NCBI GenBank assembly: GCA_964035575.1
Contig: OZ037845.1
Location: 682,001-746,000 of the forward strand
Direction of reading: 5' to 3'
From: Rhynchopus sp. YZ270_cl-10
Lineage: Eukaryota
DNA: 64,000 bases
Positions 61,001 through 64,000 of this stretch are shown piece after piece (positions within the stretch are counted from its first letter, which is position 1; each line of letters starts with the position of its first letter). Under the pieces are notes generated by a model. The model saw only the letters and a program-made list of their open reading frames with translations. It made no database searches and was not told the origin of the DNA. The translations under genes and the position numbers were made by a program.

Positions 61001-61398
61001 CAGGAAAAGACTATGGGGTTGATTGTGATTGGTGGGTTTGAAAATATATCTGTAAACCAGGAATTCGTTGGCAGGCTTTTCTGCCCTTCGTACGCTCCCC
61101 ACCACTCCGATTTGCTTTGAACGGAATATTCAAAACAAGGATTTGGGTATTGCGTTTGGTTGCATTCAGTTCCGTTCTTCAAGGGCCACCCATCCACCAT
61201 AGCATGTGGCCAGAGGCCTACTCCATCAGGGGTCGATCGGTTAATCAACGAAGCAGACCCATCGAAGTTCATGAAGGATTCGTTTCCGGAGTACATTTCC
61301 GTTGGCGCAAGACATGGATTGCACAGAGGTGTCAACACAAACTCATCTGATGCGGCAACTCCTGCAATGAGTGGGGCAACTGCGATCCAGACCAACAT
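58050..61398 (-). CDS. Secreted glycoside hydrolase family 81 endo-beta-1,3-glucanase, 4 exons (61398-60203, 60112-59983, 59829-59707, 59609-58050), 1002 aa
   Basis: Signal peptide MLVWIAVAPLIAGVAA. Motifs LPTNSWF, RGSPYVT, LLMLALPHH, DFGSGGYNDHLFHYGYY, DWYAGHSWARG and ESSSEAMQAYY. Three GTATGT...CAG introns join the ORFs in frame. Confidence 0.92.
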
Positions 61399-61972
61399 TG
61401 TGTTGAGGAGATAGGGGAAGGGGGGTTTGGGGGGGTTGCAGGTTGTTCGATTATAGCATAATCGTGTGTAGGTTTTGTGTCTGTTAGGGGGTTTGATGCA
61501 GTGTAAAGATGTGAATGAATCTCGTCTTCAGACAAATATATCGTACGTTAGCAAAACAGTACATATAAATTGTCAGGATAAATTGGGTGTAAAAAAATGT
61601 ACCGAATGAAAAAAAAGTTGGTTTGAAATAAGCCCGTGATAGTGTACCTTGGTGCATCGACTGTAACGGGGGGTGGACACCCAACCATGTAATCCTACAT
61701 CCATTTCGTGATTTACAAAGAAAAATGTCCCTTTATTTTTTTGAATAATTTGAAGGCCGGTTCATTGCTTTGTGGCTTTTTATTAACGCTTGTTTTGAAG
61801 AGAAAAAATAAAATGTAGAACAGTAGTGCAAAACACCATATTCCAATCCCACCTTGAAAAAGCTAGATTTTTTTTTGTGGGAGAACTTTCTTCTTTTCTT
61901 CTTCTGATGGTACGGCCCTAATTTTCGCCAAAATTTTATCATGCAGCCTCTTCGTTTGTTCCTTCATTTTTT

Positions 61973-63250
61973 TTAACTAAACTCATCATCATCTGCGTCT
62001 AGTGTTATCTTTGTATCGGATACGTTGTCCGGGAAGTTTGCTTGCAAGACGTCGTCATCTGTTAGAAGAAATTCTTCGACTTTTGCTTTAACTCCATTCG
62101 TCTTGTCTTCTTCTCCTGTTTCACCGTTTATGGGATTCTCCTGGGTGGCGCGCTGTGCAGCTTCTTCGATGACTCCGTGATCAATCTCGTCTTCGTCGTC
62201 AAAATCCATTCCTAGGTGCTGCATTGGAGATGAGTCAGCTTTTAGACAATCCAGATCGTCTTCGTTTGCGGGTTCTAATGGGACGTTCTTCCCTTTGGCA
62301 AAGCTCTTTGGTGCTACATGATACACCACATCCCCCTTCTTCAACAAATCATGCACAAACGACGGCTTATTCTCATTCATCTCCACGATATCCTCCTCCA
62401 GAAGCACCTCCTTGAAGCCTTCCACCACCTCTGCGGGGCCTTCTGTGTTTGCTTTGAAAAATTCATCGACCTGTTCGTTGTATTCAGGCGATCCTGTACC
62501 GAGGTATGGTTTGAGAAGGGGCAACACCCTTTCCATCGCCATTTGCCCCATATGCTGGCTTCGGAGACCTAAAACATTGATTTTTCCATTAACAAAAATG
62601 TGAACTCCGCATTTGGGATTGAGCATGCGAAGTCTCAACGCAGGGAACGTTTCTGGTTCATACGTACACCACTCTGGATGCGCCTTATGAAACTCATCCA
62701 ACCGTACAGGCAACGACAGATCCGTAATACCAAGCATATTGGTCACCCGAAAGTTCAACACCCTCGCATTCCTTTCCCCCACCTTTCGAAACAATTTGCA
62801 AATCTTCTTTGCAATATAGATTGCAGAATCCACAGTTTTCAACCCCGTCACCGAAACGTGCCCTTTCGCTGTAAGCCTAGCCCTTGCCTTGAGAGGAGGG
62901 GAATGCTGTGGACAGTTAAGGAAGAGTGTTGCTGATCCGAATCGGGATGGGGTAAATTCGAGGACACGAATACGGGGTACAAGATCTTCGAAGATGAGGG
63001 TCGTACCTAGCTCGAAGCTGACGCAGACTGATTGGATGATAGGGGTGAGGCGGTCGTCTTTGAGGCGGACACAGTATTTTGCGTAGTTTGTGGTTTTCGA
63101 CTCAGCGGTAGGGTTGATGGCGGAGTCGCCGTACTGCATGTCTAGAAGCATTTGGTTGTGAACATCCACAGCAGAACCAACGAAGCCAGTGTCCTCCCCT
63201 TCATGGTGCATATCCTCAAGCATGTCATCCCCATCCCATTCATCCCCCAT
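61973..63250 (-). CDS. Divergent TATA-binding protein (TBP/TRF-like) with acidic extensions
   Basis: Two TBP repeats: EFTPSRFGSA...TAKGHVSVTGLKT and NFRVTNMLG...LPVRLDE...YEPETFPALRLRMLNPKCGVHIFVNGKINVLG. Start at 63250 (MGDEW) or 63295. Confidence 0.88.
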   Translation of the reverse strand: MGDEWDGDDMLEDMHHEGEDTGFVGSAVDVHNQMLLDMQYGDSAINPTAESKTTNYAKYCVRLKDDRLTPIIQSVCVSFELGTTLIFEDLVPRIRVLEFTPSRFGSATLFLNCPQHSPPLKARARLTAKGHVSVTGLKTVDSAIYIAKKICKLFRKVGERNARVLNFRVTNMLGITDLSLPVRLDEFHKAHPEWCTYEPETFPALRLRMLNPKCGVHIFVNGKINVLGLRSQHMGQMAMERVLPLLKPYLGTGSPEYNEQVDEFFKANTEGPAEVVEGFKEVLLEEDIVEMNENKPSFVHDLLKKGDVVYHVAPKSFAKGKNVPLEPANEDDLDCLKADSSPMQHLGMDFDDEDEIDHGVIEEAAQRATQENPINGETGEEDKTNGVKAKVEEFLLTDDDVLQANFPDNVSDTKITLDADDDEFS

Positions 63251-64000
63251 TGTGAATATGAGGACTTCTGTGAAGCATTTAACTGAATGTAGCATGAGGG
63301 TGTGGGGGTAAGGTAGTGAGAAAGATGGGAGGAGGGGGGGTGATACTTTGGTTTTACTTTGTTTTCTTCTGCTGAGGATGTGGTCCTGATCAAAAACCTA
63401 TGGGTTTTATGTTATTTTCAGGCCCGCCTTTCCCTCTTTTTGCAAAGTGCAAACAAGGGAAAAGGAGAGAGTACACACAAAAAAAAGAACCCCTCAAGAC
63501 AGAGAGAAGGTCGTGCAGAACATCACACACACACAGAGCAACGGCAAACTTGGTGCGCATCGTCGGTGCGTGTGTGTTTGCACGTGGGGGCGGGGGAGGA
63601 AAGGGAAAAGGAAAATGAAAAGCAATAAACACGATTGTTTATAGAGCGGAGAGAAAAAGTAAACAAAAAAAAAATTGAAATTGAAATTGAAAAAAAAAAC
63701 AGCAGTGTGACACTGCGCCCAAAACACACATTCCGCACCGTACAGGCACAGCTTCCCCTCTCTGTCTCTGTCCCCCGCACGATCAAGTCAACGTTCCAGT
63801 CCACACCTTGCAGGTGTGGTAGTGAAGTTGCGCACAGGGGATGATAGTTTTAAGGATGGAAGCACCGCAGACGAGGTGGTGTCTGCAGGGAAAGGGTCCT
63901 GGAAAAACATGACAAAAGAAGGACACAAAAAGGGGACACAACAATGCGAACATGGAAAATAGAAAAAGTGACATAACCGAAAAATGTGCGTTTCAAAACA

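Noticed and set aside
245..61717. Polar repeats as a CRISPR-like array
   Set aside because: Copies are dispersed at irregular distances and divergent, with no constant-length spacers or cas-like genes.
1..64000. tRNA, rRNA, snRNA or spliced-leader RNA genes
   Set aside because: No cloverleaf, rRNA block, Sm-site snRNA or recognisable euglenozoan SL exon was seen by eye. An Infernal/tRNAscan-SE run is needed to exclude them.

Overview
Eukaryotic nuclear DNA, most plausibly a euglenozoan such as a diplonemid. This is an inference from a unidirectional gene cluster combined with GT-AG introns and kinetoplastid-type gene families. Fourteen protein genes lie head-to-tail on the minus strand: an L/F-transferase-like protein, a coiled-coil protein, a hypothetical protein, RPS9, an LRR protein, a PH-like protein, a glycine-zipper protein, an EF-hand protein, a second hypothetical, an inactive calpain-like coiled-coil protein, type II PI4K, an EF-hand NOX-like protein, a GH81 glucanase and a divergent TBP. 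I inferred 14 introns by hand, four of them exactly 47 nt. One frameshifted plus-strand gene is nested in a 1.65-kb intron. The intergenic DNA holds many non-autonomous TIR elements, notably a TGGTG...CACCA family with 5-bp TSDs whose members carry compound microsatellites, and a hAT-like element. The most unusual signal is more than 50 short hairpin modules in six related families. All copies I found are co-oriented with the genes, fold with G-U pairs and covariation only on the gene-sense strand, and end in a shared UUCAAC/UUCACUUU-type tail. All coordinates, alignments and folds were done by eye.
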